Shown: piece after piece, positions 1-13,170 of the stretch
Layout of the letters: every line of letters begins with the position of its first letter
How positions within the stretch are numbered: position 1 is the first letter of the stretch
Assembly (NCBI RefSeq): GCF_009834535.1
Contig: NC_045732.1
Location: forward strand, 23,312,001-23,376,000
Direction: 5' to 3'
Source: Camelus ferus
Lineage: Eukaryota
DNA: 64,000 nt
The notes under the pieces: generated by a model
Told to the model about the DNA's origin: nothing
Databases searched by the model: none
Seen by the model: only the letters and a program-made list of their open reading frames with translations
Translations under genes and position numbers: made by a program

Positions 1-1975
<1,975 letters not shown>

Positions 1976-2478
1976 NNNNNNNNNNNNNNNNNNNNNNNNN
2001 NNNNNNNNNNNNNNNNNNNNNNNNNNNNNNNNNNNNNNNNNNNNNNNNNNNNNNNNNNNNNNNNNNNNNNNNNNNNNNNNNNNNNNNNNNNNNNNNNNNN
2101 NNNNNNNNNNNNNNNNNNNNNNNNNNNNNNNNNNNNNNNNNNNNNNNNNNNNNNNNNNNNNNNNNNNNNNNNNNNNNNNNNNNNNNNNNNNNNNNNNNNN
2201 NNNNNNNNNNNNNNNNNNNNNNNNNNNNNNNNNNNNNNNNNNNNNNNNNNNNNNNNNNNNNNNNNNNNNNNNNNNNNNNNNNNNNNNNNNNNNNNNNNNN
2301 NNNNNNNNNNNNNNNNNNNNNNNNNNNNNNNNNNNNNNNNNNNNNNNNNNNNNNNNNNNNNNNNNNNNNNNNNNNNNNNNNNNNNNNNNNNNNNNNNNNN
2401 NNNNNNNNNNNNNNNNNNNNNNNNNNNNNNNNNNNNNNNNNNNNNNNNNNNNNNNNNNNNNNNNNNNNNNNNNNNNNN
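1976..2478. other. Assembly gap covering the PTCHD1 start codon
   Basis: Run of 503 N. Other gaps lie at 10201-10380, 14778-14955, 18391-18554, 43970-44157, 49708-49972 and 51011-51666 (the last with two short islands). Confidence 0.99.
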
Positions 2479-3336
2479 ACCCCCGCCCTACCCCGTGCTC
2501 CCTCCCCACCCTCTGCTGCCTCCCAGCCCGAGGGGCTCCGCGCGGCGGGGCAGCGTCCCGCCTCAGCGCGGGAGGGGCCCGGGGCAGCCCCCGCGGCGCG
2601 TCATGACCCCACTCACCCGACCCCCAAGGCCAACGACGGGGGTGGCGCGGGGAGCGGCGGCGGCGCAATCGTGGGGAGACTCTGCGCGCCAGCCTAGGAA
2701 CACGAGGACGGAGAATTCCAGGCTACACCCAGTCCCCTCCCCTCCCTGCACTCCCCCTCCCCCGGCCCGGCCCGCCGCGCACGCCCTTCCCTCCCTCCCC
2801 TCCCCGCCTCTGTCCTCCTCCGGGGAGACCCAGAGATGAATAAAGAAATGGTCCCGATTTTCCAAACAAAAAGTAAAGAGTTTTCCCGGGGGGCGTCGGG
2901 CGGACCGGCTCAGAGCCGAATCCCCCCAGAGGCGGAAAGGAGGAGGCTGAAGACTGCGTGCGCCCTGGCTCTCGCCAGGCTCAGGTGGTGGCGCGCACTG
3001 GCTGGTGCGGAGAGGGGGTGGGGAGCGAAGACGCTCGAACGTGGAAATCACGCCTCCTCTCAAGTAAGAGCCATTTAAAATATTCCCAACACTGCAGCTT
3101 CCGCGGGACCACAGAGTCCGGGTGTGCGTCTGGGGCACGTCCACTTGAAAGGCGCCTGTGGAGAATCTTTCTTTTCGTTCTCATTTAGGGTCGCTCCAGA
3201 GTGGGTTGGACAGTTCTGCGGCGCGCCCCTCAATTTCCCCACCCCGTCCCCCAGTAATAAAAGTGCTCATAATGATGGTCAGTCGGTGGAGCCGCCGGTC
3301 GCCAGGGCTCTGATGCTCCCGGACTCCCCCCTCTCC

Positions 3337-3430
3337 GCGGCGGCGGCGCCGCCGCCGCCGCCGCCTCCTCCTCCTCCTCGTCCTCGTCCTCGTCCTCCTC
3401 CTCCTCGTCCTCCTCCTCCTCCTCCTCCTC
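3337..3430. repeat. Compound trinucleotide repeat (GCG)n-(GCC)n-(CCT)n with TCG interruptions
   Basis: Read directly: gcggcggcggcgccgccgccgccgccgcctcctcctcctcctcgtcctcgtcctcgtcctcc...cctc. Confidence 0.97.
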
Positions 3431-4171
3431 TCTCTGTCGTCACTGGCGGGGCTGGGGGACCTGGAGCGGCGGGGCTGGAGCGGGCGCCCCTGCGGGCAGA
3501 GTGTTTGTGAACAGCTGGTCAGGGAGTCAGTAGCGTTACTCCCCTTCTCTCCTCCACCCCGACCTCTCCTCCTCAAAGGAGCGAGTGTGGGAGTGGGTGA
3601 CACCTTATCTCAGACCTGGAGGGATACTGGTCTCCGAGAGTGCCGAGCCGCAGGGGGCTCGGGGGAACCCGGGGGGCGCCGACGGCTCGGCAAAGTTGGG
3701 CGTGTGCTTCTGCGCGCCAGCCGTGAGCTAGCAGGCAGCCACTGTGGTTCCCCTCGCACTCTTCCTCCAGAGAATTCCCCGAGAAGGCGGGCGCCGGCTT
3801 CGGGCCCGGGATAGACCTGCGGCGGCGGCGGGAACGGCCACGCACAGGTACAATTTAGCGCGGTTCGTTGCGCGCTCCAAGCCCCGGGGTCCATCCATTG
3901 CAACGCAGACCGAGCGGAATCTCGGAGTCTGGGCCACTAAGGCGCTCTGTCCGGCCAGGGGGATGGGGACCGGGGCTCGGCGAGGGGTCCCCAGGCTTTG
4001 AGCTCTGAGCACTCGGCCTTCCCGTCCCACGCCTCCGGTCGCTCCTGCTTGGCCTCTTAGTGCCAAGGGTCAAGCGAGAGGCGGCTGTGACTGGAGGCGC
4101 GGTCCCTGGAGTGTGGCCCGCACTACTGAGCAAGGGCATGCATATTAATCAAAGCTGAAGGAAGACGGGAT

Positions 4172-4224
4172 AGGGGGAGGAGGAGGAAGAGAGGGAAAGA
4201 GGAGAGGGAAGAGGGAGAGGGAAA
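4172..4224 (+). repeat. Uninterrupted 53-nt homopurine (GA-rich) tract
   Basis: agggggaggaggaggaagagagggaaagaggagagggaagagggagagggaaa. Confidence 0.95.
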
Positions 4225-5914
4225 CCGGTGGGAGAACGCGACTAAGGGAGGTATTTCCCTAACGTTCCCATCCCAGATTCCCAGTGCCAAGCGGCCCTCC
4301 ACTTCTCAAACTGAACTTGGGAACTTACACATTAGAAACAGGAAGTCGTGGGCCGGGAAATCTCCTTTTTTGGTTCCTCTCCTCCTTTCCCCCACACCAG
4401 ACCCTCCATCCTATATTCCCTCAGCAACACCTGCAACTGCTGCGCTGCTCACCCCGGGGGCGCAACCGCTCAGCTCTGCCTGCGCTCCCTAGGTCCTTCT
4501 ACCCATCCGTACTCTGGTCCACTTTCTCTGCTCACCCTCCCTATTCCCCACACCGCTCTGTTTCTAAAGGCATCCTCTGGTTCACCAGCAGCTTCCAGCG
4601 ACATTGACATACCGCCCCCCTTCCCCGCTCAGAATTCCCATTCCTGGGAGGGACACATTGGGAGAGGCTAGAAATTCCCCTGCAACACTCCACTTGTGCC
4701 CTTCCCCCATCATCTTAATTTCTGCACGCGGAGACGCCGCTGTTCTGCAGCGCTTTGCTGATTCACGATGATCGCGGAGGGAAAAGCCTCATTGACTCGT
4801 GCCCCTGCAAGCGGCAACGCTAGCGCGAGTGGCTGCGAGGGCACACGCTTTGGGAAACCACCCACCACTGCGCAGCCGAGGTGCTAAATGGCAGGGTAGA
4901 TGCCTTGCGTGGCTCTTGGCCGGGGCAGACGCAAAGAAGGAAAGGGCCGGGGGAGGAAGGGGAACGCCGTGGCAGTGGAATTTCTGCGAGCCCAGTTCTT
5001 TGCGACTGAGCCGGAGGCAGCTGGTGGGTGGGCATCTCTCAGGAGGCCCAAAGTCGTCGGCTGCGCGGGGAGCAAACAGAGATGTTTCGTGTGCCCTGAT
5101 GCCAGCGCAGCGACAGAAGTAAGCCGACACGTCTGCTTGGGAGCCTTTAACATTTCGGCGAAGCTTTTTTCATTCTGAAGTCTTTGTCCCTCCAAATGGT
5201 TCCCTCCTAACCTTGGTTCGCTATCGTCCCTAGAATTTTCTGCCTTTTGGTGTAAGCCCTCACGCAGGCTGAAGAGCACGTGTGCCCTATCTCAGTGCCT
5301 GGGCTGAGTCTTAGAGCGGGGCAAGCCCAGAGTGCTCTACTGGCCAGTGGGAGTGTCGTTCTCCCACAAGGAAAGGGCCTTTCCTTTGAGACCGAGGCTT
5401 TTGCTTCTAGTGCTCCCAAGCCTATCCCTAATTGTCCTCATGCATATTTGGGGGAACTTCCACCCTACCGACTTTAATTCAGAGACTCGGAATGGCCTGA
5501 GAAGGGGTCTCCCTGCCACTTTTTAATGCGGGAAATCCAGTTAGTATTGTCTAAATTGAGTTGGAGTGAAGGAGAGCGAGAGAGCGAGAGAGGGAGCGAG
5601 CGCGCTCTCGCGCGCAGAGGGCGTTGCCTCCTCCTGATTTGATTTTTTCTTCTCTTTTGATTCAGAAGTTCAGGGGAGCATTGACACCACCAAAGACTTG
5701 GGTTTGCATTTAGGACAGTGACTTTGGGTACAGAGCTTCCATAAATACATTCGTAAATCATTCCTTTTTCTGATTAAAAATTAATTCATATTAATTGTAG
5801 AAAATTTAGAAAATAAGAACAAGAAAAAGAAGGAAACAAAAAGACACCTGTGTCCCTGTACTTCCACCACCTTTCAAAGGTAACCTCTGTTGATCATTTA
5901 TTGTACACACAGAC

Positions 5915-6145
5915 AGTATAATTTAGAGGTTAAAACTATTGGTCTATAGCCACTAAGTTGAATCCTTGCTCTACTACTTACTTTGAGTAACTTAACCTCT
6001 GTATGCCACACTTTTCTCTTCTGGAAAGTGGGAATATTAATTGTACTTACTCCATAGAATTGCTGTGAAGATTAAATAGGTTAGAAGATGTAAGGCACTT
6101 AAAACATTGCCTGAAATAACAACACCTAGTAAATGATATTTGTTA
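5915..6145 (+). mobile_element. MIR SINE
   Basis: MIR core-like sequence: ttaacctctgtatgccacacttttctcttctggaaagtgggaatatta...tgtgaagattaaat...tgtaaggcactt. Confidence 0.8.
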
Positions 6146-6199
6146 CAATTCTAGTCTTCTCTGACTGAATTGTGTGTGTGAAAACGAAAGTCAGTCCCT

Positions 6200-6790
6200 A
6201 CCATCCGAAGCTGGCCTGGTATAATCAGCTGGGACCTGGCGCTGCTAGGACCTGCCCTGAAACTCACAACTAAGCTTTGGTGTTCTCCCATTGAGCAAAA
6301 ACCATTCCCCAAAACACTAATGGCAGATAAGGTCATTCTGTAACTCTGATGCATTCGGACAAAACTAGGAGCACCCCATAATCATGTCTGAACCCAGACA
6401 AAACAGGAACCCTGTCCAAACCACAAAATGACCAAACATGTTCCTACCTTGGCTAATATGAGTGAATATTGTGGTGTATTAGAAAACAAATCACAACTTT
6501 AGCCTTGGTCTAGTCTTCTCTCCCTCTAGATAAAGATTTAGTTAGACACCCAATCATAAAACTATGCCTGTTTCCCAACAGCATTTAAACCAGAGCAAGC
6601 CCCACCACGTTAAATCTTACTTAAAATTATTAACATGAGCCAAGTCCTGTGATAAGTCCTTCCTAACACCTTTTTGAGACACCCCTCAGTTGTCTGTGGT
6701 GCATGTTCTTCTTGTCTACAATGAAAAATAAACCTAGCTTATTCAATTACTGGCATGTTCCTGGTGGTCTTTAGCAGGAGGGCTTTGGTA
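6200..6790 (+). mobile_element. Solo LTR, probably ERV1 class (subfamily uncertain)
   Basis: LTR-like organisation with AATAAA at 6727-6732 followed by a ...gttcctggtggtctttagcaggagggc end resembling old ERV1 LTRs. Confidence 0.5.
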
Positions 6791-6849
6791 GTGCATATAC
6801 AATGTTGATAAGCTTTCTTTTTCTAAAATTGAGGGGCATAATAAACGTT

Positions 6850-7070
6850 CTGTTTGGTAACCATTTTCTCCATTAAATAGATTATGAGCATTTTCTCATG
6901 TCAATTATTATTGCTGTAAAACATTTTAATGGCTGCATAGAATTCCACTATATGGCTTAACCTTAATTTATTTAACTTATCCTATATTGCTGGACATTTA
7001 GGTTTTTAAAATTTTTACTGTTATAAATATGACTGAGATGAACATCCTGTAGATAAATCTCTGACTACAT
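6850..7070 (-). mobile_element. Ancient L1 (L1ME-like) 3' fragment
   Basis: ttttaatggctgcatagaattccact...tatattgctggacatttaggtttt... is typical antisense L1M 3' sequence. Confidence 0.7.
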
Positions 7071-8979
7071 CTCTATTTTCTTAGGGCCAAATATCCATCA
7101 CTACATTTTAAGTGGACAGCTCCTAACAGATGCCTTTCTAATTATTGTTAAATTAGAAGGGACAAGGGCATTCCTTCATGGGGATTAAATTTCTTGGTCA
7201 AATAAATGAAATATTCCCATTTGGGGGGAATTTCTATCATCTGTTACATTTGGAATCAGTCTCTTGGCTCAGTATTACTCAGAGATGCCGGAGGGATTGA
7301 TCATGGTGTAGAGGGAGTATGGTCCCAAAAGAAAGCTTATTTGGTTTGAAAAGGTTAGAAACAAGAGTCTTCTGTGGTCTAGCAAGTACATCAAGCATTA
7401 ACTTTCAATAATCAAACCACCATTTTCTTCCTGAGAAACAAGACATTTTCATGCATATATCTTAACTCTAAACTGTTCTATGTCAACTGTGAAATCACTG
7501 TGCATAGTAGGATCATGCTAGAGGATATTTGGGTGGCTGCAATTTAGGGTGGTACTTAGTATAGTGTGTTTATCATCACTTTATGTTATCCTAATCTCAA
7601 TAACCCTGATATATTTCTAAGTGGTAGGCGCTTATGCCATCCTAAAAAATGCCATCTAGGTAACATTTCTTGGAGAACGGAAACACATGCAGGGAAGGGA
7701 AAACTATAACAAGGATTTTCCTTTCAGAGTGGGGAAGATACCCTGGCAAACTTCAGTGTTTTAAGTGGCGATGCCTCAATGAACTATCTACTGGGACTCA
7801 TCCCTGTTTTGATCAATAAGCTGTTTTATGCAGAGCAACACTGTATTCACAGAAAGTTTACACAAAGGAAGACTTCTGAAGATAGCTTAAACTTGCAGTT
7901 GAAGAGAGAATACATGTGTGGAAAGTCCTAATAGGTTGCTTAAGATAAAGAGGCACATTGCTGTGTGTAGATGATCCCCTTTCAAAAGTGTGCTAATTGG
8001 GTATCTGAACCTTTCAGGATATTATGCCAACTCAGTAGGCTCTCAATATCTTCATTAGTCTTTTAGAAAAATAATCATTCATGACATAAGGAAAAAAGTC
8101 ATGCGAAATCATTTTCCTGAATAATCATAAGACTTAGGGTTAAGAAAGGGATATTTCATGCATCGATTCAGGGAGAAACATTTTGGAACATGCTGTCTGG
8201 GTGTCTGGTTTCACCACGTCACCAGTTGGTTGAGGTGGCCAGGTCCAAATGTTTGCTTTGCTTTTTTTCTCCTAAAAAGCAGAAAACATGGCTTTACCTT
8301 CTTTCCATCTTTCAAAATCCTTCCATCCTTCAAGGCTCTCTTAAAATCCTAGCTCACATATCTAATAAGCTTTCTGACTTCCAAACCAACATTGATTAAT
8401 TTAACTTGATTGAGCAAGTTTATTTGAATTATTTCAGTGAGCAAGTTTCTACTGTAGTCAACAACTAGGGAAAACTGAGTGAGGAATTCCCTACTCTGAA
8501 GAAATTTTTAGTCTAATGGAGTTGACTAAATATACTGAGTATTAAAGTATGAACCAGAGTAAGGGAAACATTCAGAGGAGAGGTTACAATGATGTAGGGG
8601 TGCAAAAAAGGCATAGATGATATTTGGTTGGTCTCTGGTCTTTGAATACCTTTAGCCTAGGGTTAGCATCTTGCTGTTTTGAGTTCCTTTGTTATCTAAT
8701 GTTATAGATATCTACATGTTGATGATATGTAAATATGATATATCAGTTTTTGATAGACTTTTGATCACTGGACTGGGTTGTTAGAAGTCCCCATCTCTCT
8801 TCCCTAGGGATGGTCCTAAAGTTTTGAGCTTAGTCAAAGAAGATGATCGCTTCCTAATTCTGAGAATTTCTGAGGAATGCCACTTTCTCAAGCTAAGTGC
8901 AACTCAGGTTTTTCATTAAGTTAAGCTAGCTTTCCTTCCACAGTATCTAAATAAGGAGAATTTAGGCACTTTACTCACT

Positions 8980-9000
8980 TTCAGCACCAGGGACAGATCC
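8980..9000 (+). promoter_or_regulatory. RE1/NRSE (REST-binding) element
   Basis: TTCAGCACCAGGGACAGATCC versus the canonical TTCAGCACCACGGACAGCGCC: 18/21 match, with both half-sites intact and the canonical 2-nt spacer. Confidence 0.75.
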
Positions 9001-9369
9001 ACTTAAACCTAGCTACTCCTCCTCCTTCCAGTCCCCATCACTTCTAAATTGATTATAGGAAATTTTTAGAGCTAAAAACTAATACAGTCAGGGAGTTGAT
9101 CTTTTTTTTTTCTAAGCTAGGCCAGTTAAAATGGAAATAAATTTAAACTGGTGGACCACTAAATCCAATATGGTTATATTTAAAATTGTGCCCAGTAATT
9201 TTATGCCTTTGTAACGTGTTTGTATTGGGGGAGGGGATTTAAAGGAAAACGTTAGAGCTCATTCTACAATATAATCTCTTGAATTTTAAAAGTGATTGTG
9301 CTGAAAACTCACACAAATGATAGAAAATGGGGGAAAAGAACATTTTAATGTGTTTTATGTGCTAAGTTT

Positions 9370-9560
9370 AGCCCTAGGCATTTTCACGTATCTTAGCCTA
9401 TGTAATTTGCAAAATCACTCTGTGGGCTATAAGTATTGTCAAACCCATTTTAAAGAGAGGAGATTGAAGATTAAGGAGATTAACTGTCTTGTGCACGGTT
9501 ACACTGTAATGGAAGTATAAATAGAATCCAGTTCTATCTGATATCAAAATCCATGTTTTT
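9370..9560 (-). mobile_element. MIR SINE
   Basis: cccattttaaagagaggagattgaagattaaggagattaactgtcttgtgcacggttacac is an antisense MIR core. Confidence 0.8.
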
Positions 9561-11159
9561 CTGTTCAGTCATTCTTTTAAGCAAAAAATTACTTGATTCC
9601 TTTTCTAAAATGCCTTGACTAGATATCAAAAAATGTCAAAAGCATCTTAATCAGATAACATAATATGCCATGAATATTATAAACAATTTAGTGCTATTTC
9701 CATATTTGCTATTCATTTAATAGTGTTGTAAAGTGGCAATATCATGATGTATCCATTAATCAGTTTTTTAGTGTTTGGATTCATTTCTGATGTTGGTGTT
9801 CCTTAGAGGAGTTCTGTGGCCCAACAAAAATATTGTTATGGAACCCAAAGTGTTTGCTGATCTAATCCAACCCACTCTTTTTGCAGATGGCAAAACTTCT
9901 GCAGTCCTTGTCTGGATTCTACCAAGAAAAATCCCTCAAAATGTTAAAATGGAAAACTGTCAAGTGGTTCTAAAATACATAGCAGAAAAAGCAACCAAAT
10001 AGACTCTGACCTTATGCCTGTTGAAATTCTTCCATTTTTTAGTGGTTAGCCAGTAGTCATTATACTGCAAAGGGAAAGATTCTTTAATTCTCTTCCTTTA
10101 CTTTACTGTGTAAAATGAACAGATACCATTATAATAAGTAGATCCGTTGTCTTATGTATGAACATAGGGGGCATAAGAAAGCAGAGGGTTTCCTGATACA
10201 NNNNNNNNNNNNNNNNNNNNNNNNNNNNNNNNNNNNNNNNNNNNNNNNNNNNNNNNNNNNNNNNNNNNNNNNNNNNNNNNNNNNNNNNNNNNNNNNNNNN
10301 NNNNNNNNNNNNNNNNNNNNNNNNNNNNNNNNNNNNNNNNNNNNNNNNNNNNNNNNNNNNNNNNNNNNNNNNNNNNNNNNTCACTTCCTTCTAGTGAGTG
10401 GCGTTATGTTGGTGAATTAATTAATAGTAAAATCTGAATACATATTCACAAATATTAGAATTGTAGAAAAGTTACATCAAGAGGGAGCTCCTGGGAGAAG
10501 CTAAGTGAGAGAAGAAAAAAAAATCAAAGATTCCTTTTTCAGACAAAGCACAAGACTTGGCATTTCTAGGGCTGCTTTGCTTCCACCTTCAGGCATCTTC
10601 TGAATATTGTAAAAGGGATTATTCTAGATGTGGAAAAGTCTGTTCTACTGTGAGTTGAAAGGTTTAGCCTCAGGTGAATGCCATTACCTCCTGTGGTCCA
10701 CCAAGCAGCAGAAACTAAAGTAGTTTGGCTAGCTATCAGCGCATATGGTCCTCCATCTAGCTCTGTCTCATCATTATACTTCAGACTGCTATTAATAAAA
10801 ATCAGAATAATAAGGATGATGATGATGTCTCCCAGGTAAGGAGATTTTCGGGTGTAAAATATAGTAATGAATGTAAAGTGCTTCCAAACAACCATACCTA
10901 TTATTGGGCTTGATAAGTCCAAGGCACCTTGCACATGCTAAACGTGGAGCATGAAGATGTGTAAAGACCTTACTTTTGAGGTGTCCAAATGTAGCGGACT
11001 GAGGCCAACAAGTGAAACAACGAAATCGTGTGGCATGGCAAGGACATTGGTGCTGTGGGACCAGTGAGAAGGTTCCCCTAACCTGGACTGAGGAGCAAAG
11101 GTAGGGTTTGGAAAAGCTATGAGGAGCATGTATAGAGGTACTGTCTGGCGCTCCATCCT

Positions 11160-11590
11160 TACCCTCTTGGCCCACTCTAGCAGTTCACTCTAGGTAGTTC
11201 CTATATATGCTTATGGCTTCCTCCCCCCCCCCCGAGATATTCTCTGTCCATGGGGGATAGGCTGGAAGTGCCAGAGAGCTAACACCTCCAGGAGTGACCC
11301 TCAATTAATGAGGGACAGGAAGAATAAATGCCCAAATTTCTTTGCCTCTCTGTAGGACAACTCAGAGAGGTGTTTCACACAGGCTTAGACATTAAAGACT
11401 TACAGCAGAGTTGACCCCCCAGTTGCCCACAGTAGTTACCCACTCTTGAGCACACCCTTTATTGGCTTTTCTCTCTTCTCTATATCCCTTCTCCACTTCC
11501 TCACTCTGCTTTCTGGAAATCCCTCCCAAATAAACCACTGGCACCCACATTTTGTTTCAGGATTTGTCTTTGGGGGAATCCAACCGAAAA
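11160..11590 (+). mobile_element. LTR16-type ERVL solo LTR
   Basis: Ends ctcccaaataaaccactggcacccacattttgtttcaggatttgtctttgggggaatccaacc, which matches the LTR16 3' end. Confidence 0.75.
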
Positions 11591-11714
11591 GGAGATGACA
11601 TCCAAATGGAGTCTCAAAGGTTAGCAGTTAGTCAAGCCTAGTGAGTTTAATGGTATATAAATTATACCTCAGTAAATGTGTTTGAAAAAAAAAAAAAAAG
11701 GATTGGCCAACCCG

Positions 11715-12180
11715 CCACGGAAGGAAAAGACTATTCCAGGCAGAGGGAATAATGTTTGAAATTATAAGGATAGCCATAGAGAGCTTAGCTTGTTTTGGGA
11801 ACTACAAATACTTCAAGATGGATAGACAGTAGTTTGAAAAAGTAGACAGGAGCTGGGTTAAAAAGAAACTTATAAGCCCAGATGAAGAGCTGGGTGTTTA
11901 TTCTGAAGGTGGGAGGGAGCTATTTCTGGGCTTTAAATGGGGGAGTTTATGGTCAGGTTTATATTTTATAAAGTTACTCTGGTGACCATGTAGAAGATGA
12001 ACAAAGAGAGGGCAAGACTAGAGAGAAAGAGAGTAGTTAGGAGGTCATGATAATAACAAGGACATGAAGAGTTTAGGGCCTGAAGCAAGGCAGAGGCTAG
12101 TGGGATGGAGAGAAAGGGAAGGATTGCTAAGTTTTTAGGGAGATACAATCGACAGGACTGAGATGATTGCAGAATGCAGC
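11715..12180 (-). mobile_element. L2 LINE fragment
   Basis: actattccaggcagagggaataatg...tttattctgaagg...ggctttaaatggggg: antisense L2a-type sequence. Confidence 0.75.
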
Positions 12181-12974
12181 TAAGATACTGCATCATGGTT
12201 TCTGCAGACACAGTTCCAATCCAAAGAGTTACGCTAAACCATATCCAACCTTAGAGATATTAGTTTATTTTTACCAAATTCTATTTGAAAACAGAGCTTC
12301 TTGTCAGGATGAGGAAGAAGGAAAGATGGATTGTGTTAAGCTCTAAGCTACAACAAATGGGGGTTGAATGTGATGGTTTGAACATGAGAGCTGGACAGGA
12401 GAGGTCAGTAGCCTGGGGGAGTCCACAAGGTGGAGGCTAAAATCCATTACGTCAAATCCATAATATGGTGATTCATGTGGATTAATAAATGTCCTTGCTC
12501 CCAAGGGAATTGAGTTATATCTTAAGGTCAGTTGCTTAAATGAGATGACTTTATTTGAGGAAGAAGGAAAAGGAGATAAATGAGGAGGTGGCAGGGGTGA
12601 GGCAGAGGGAGGAAAATGAAATGTATGGCTTCATGGGTGAGATTTCCCAGAAACCTTCCTCTTTGGTTCATCTCAAGTCTCTTCATGTTTATAATGCTTG
12701 GGGATTTCCCCTCTGATGACCCCCTAGAACCCATCCCTGAAGGTGATCCAAGACTGTACCCTCTATACATAGGGCCCCCATTCCTTGGTGGCAGCTTATA
12801 CTTTTGTTAGGACACACACACACACACAAGCCACATGTGGCTGCTTTAATTTACACAATTAGTAATCACATTGAAGAAAATAGACACTGACATTTTATAG
12901 TATGACACTCATTCTTTTACTGACACCTTATGGGGGCGCTGTAAACATTAGACCATTTTAATGAAATATTTTTA

Positions 12975-13170
12975 GTCCTATTATGAATTGTGCTGCTATT
13001 AACATTTGCATACAAGTTTTTGTATGGATATATGTTTTCATTTCTCTTGGTTATTTGCCTAGCAGTAGAATGGCTAGGTCATACCGTAACTCTGTGCTTA
13101 ACATTTTGAGGAACTACTGAACTGTTTTCCAAAGGGCTTGAACCCCTTTACATTCGCACCAGCAATGGTT
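12975..13170 (-). mobile_element. L1M fragment
   Basis: gctgctattaacatttgcatacaagtttttgtatggatatatgttttcatttctcttgg...gaggaactactgaactgttttccaaag. Confidence 0.8.

Noticed and set aside
3124-3603. Arg-rich minus ORF (3181-3603) and Pro-rich plus ORF (3124-3510)
   Set aside because: Both are low-complexity translations of the GCC/CCT repeat inside a stop-poor CpG island, with no recognisable domain.
10543-10841. Strong + strand donor CAG|GTAAGG at 10835 with upstream acceptors, and overlapping ORFs
   Set aside because: The donor lies within a diverged MIR core, nothing suggests it is used, and the ORFs look non-coding.
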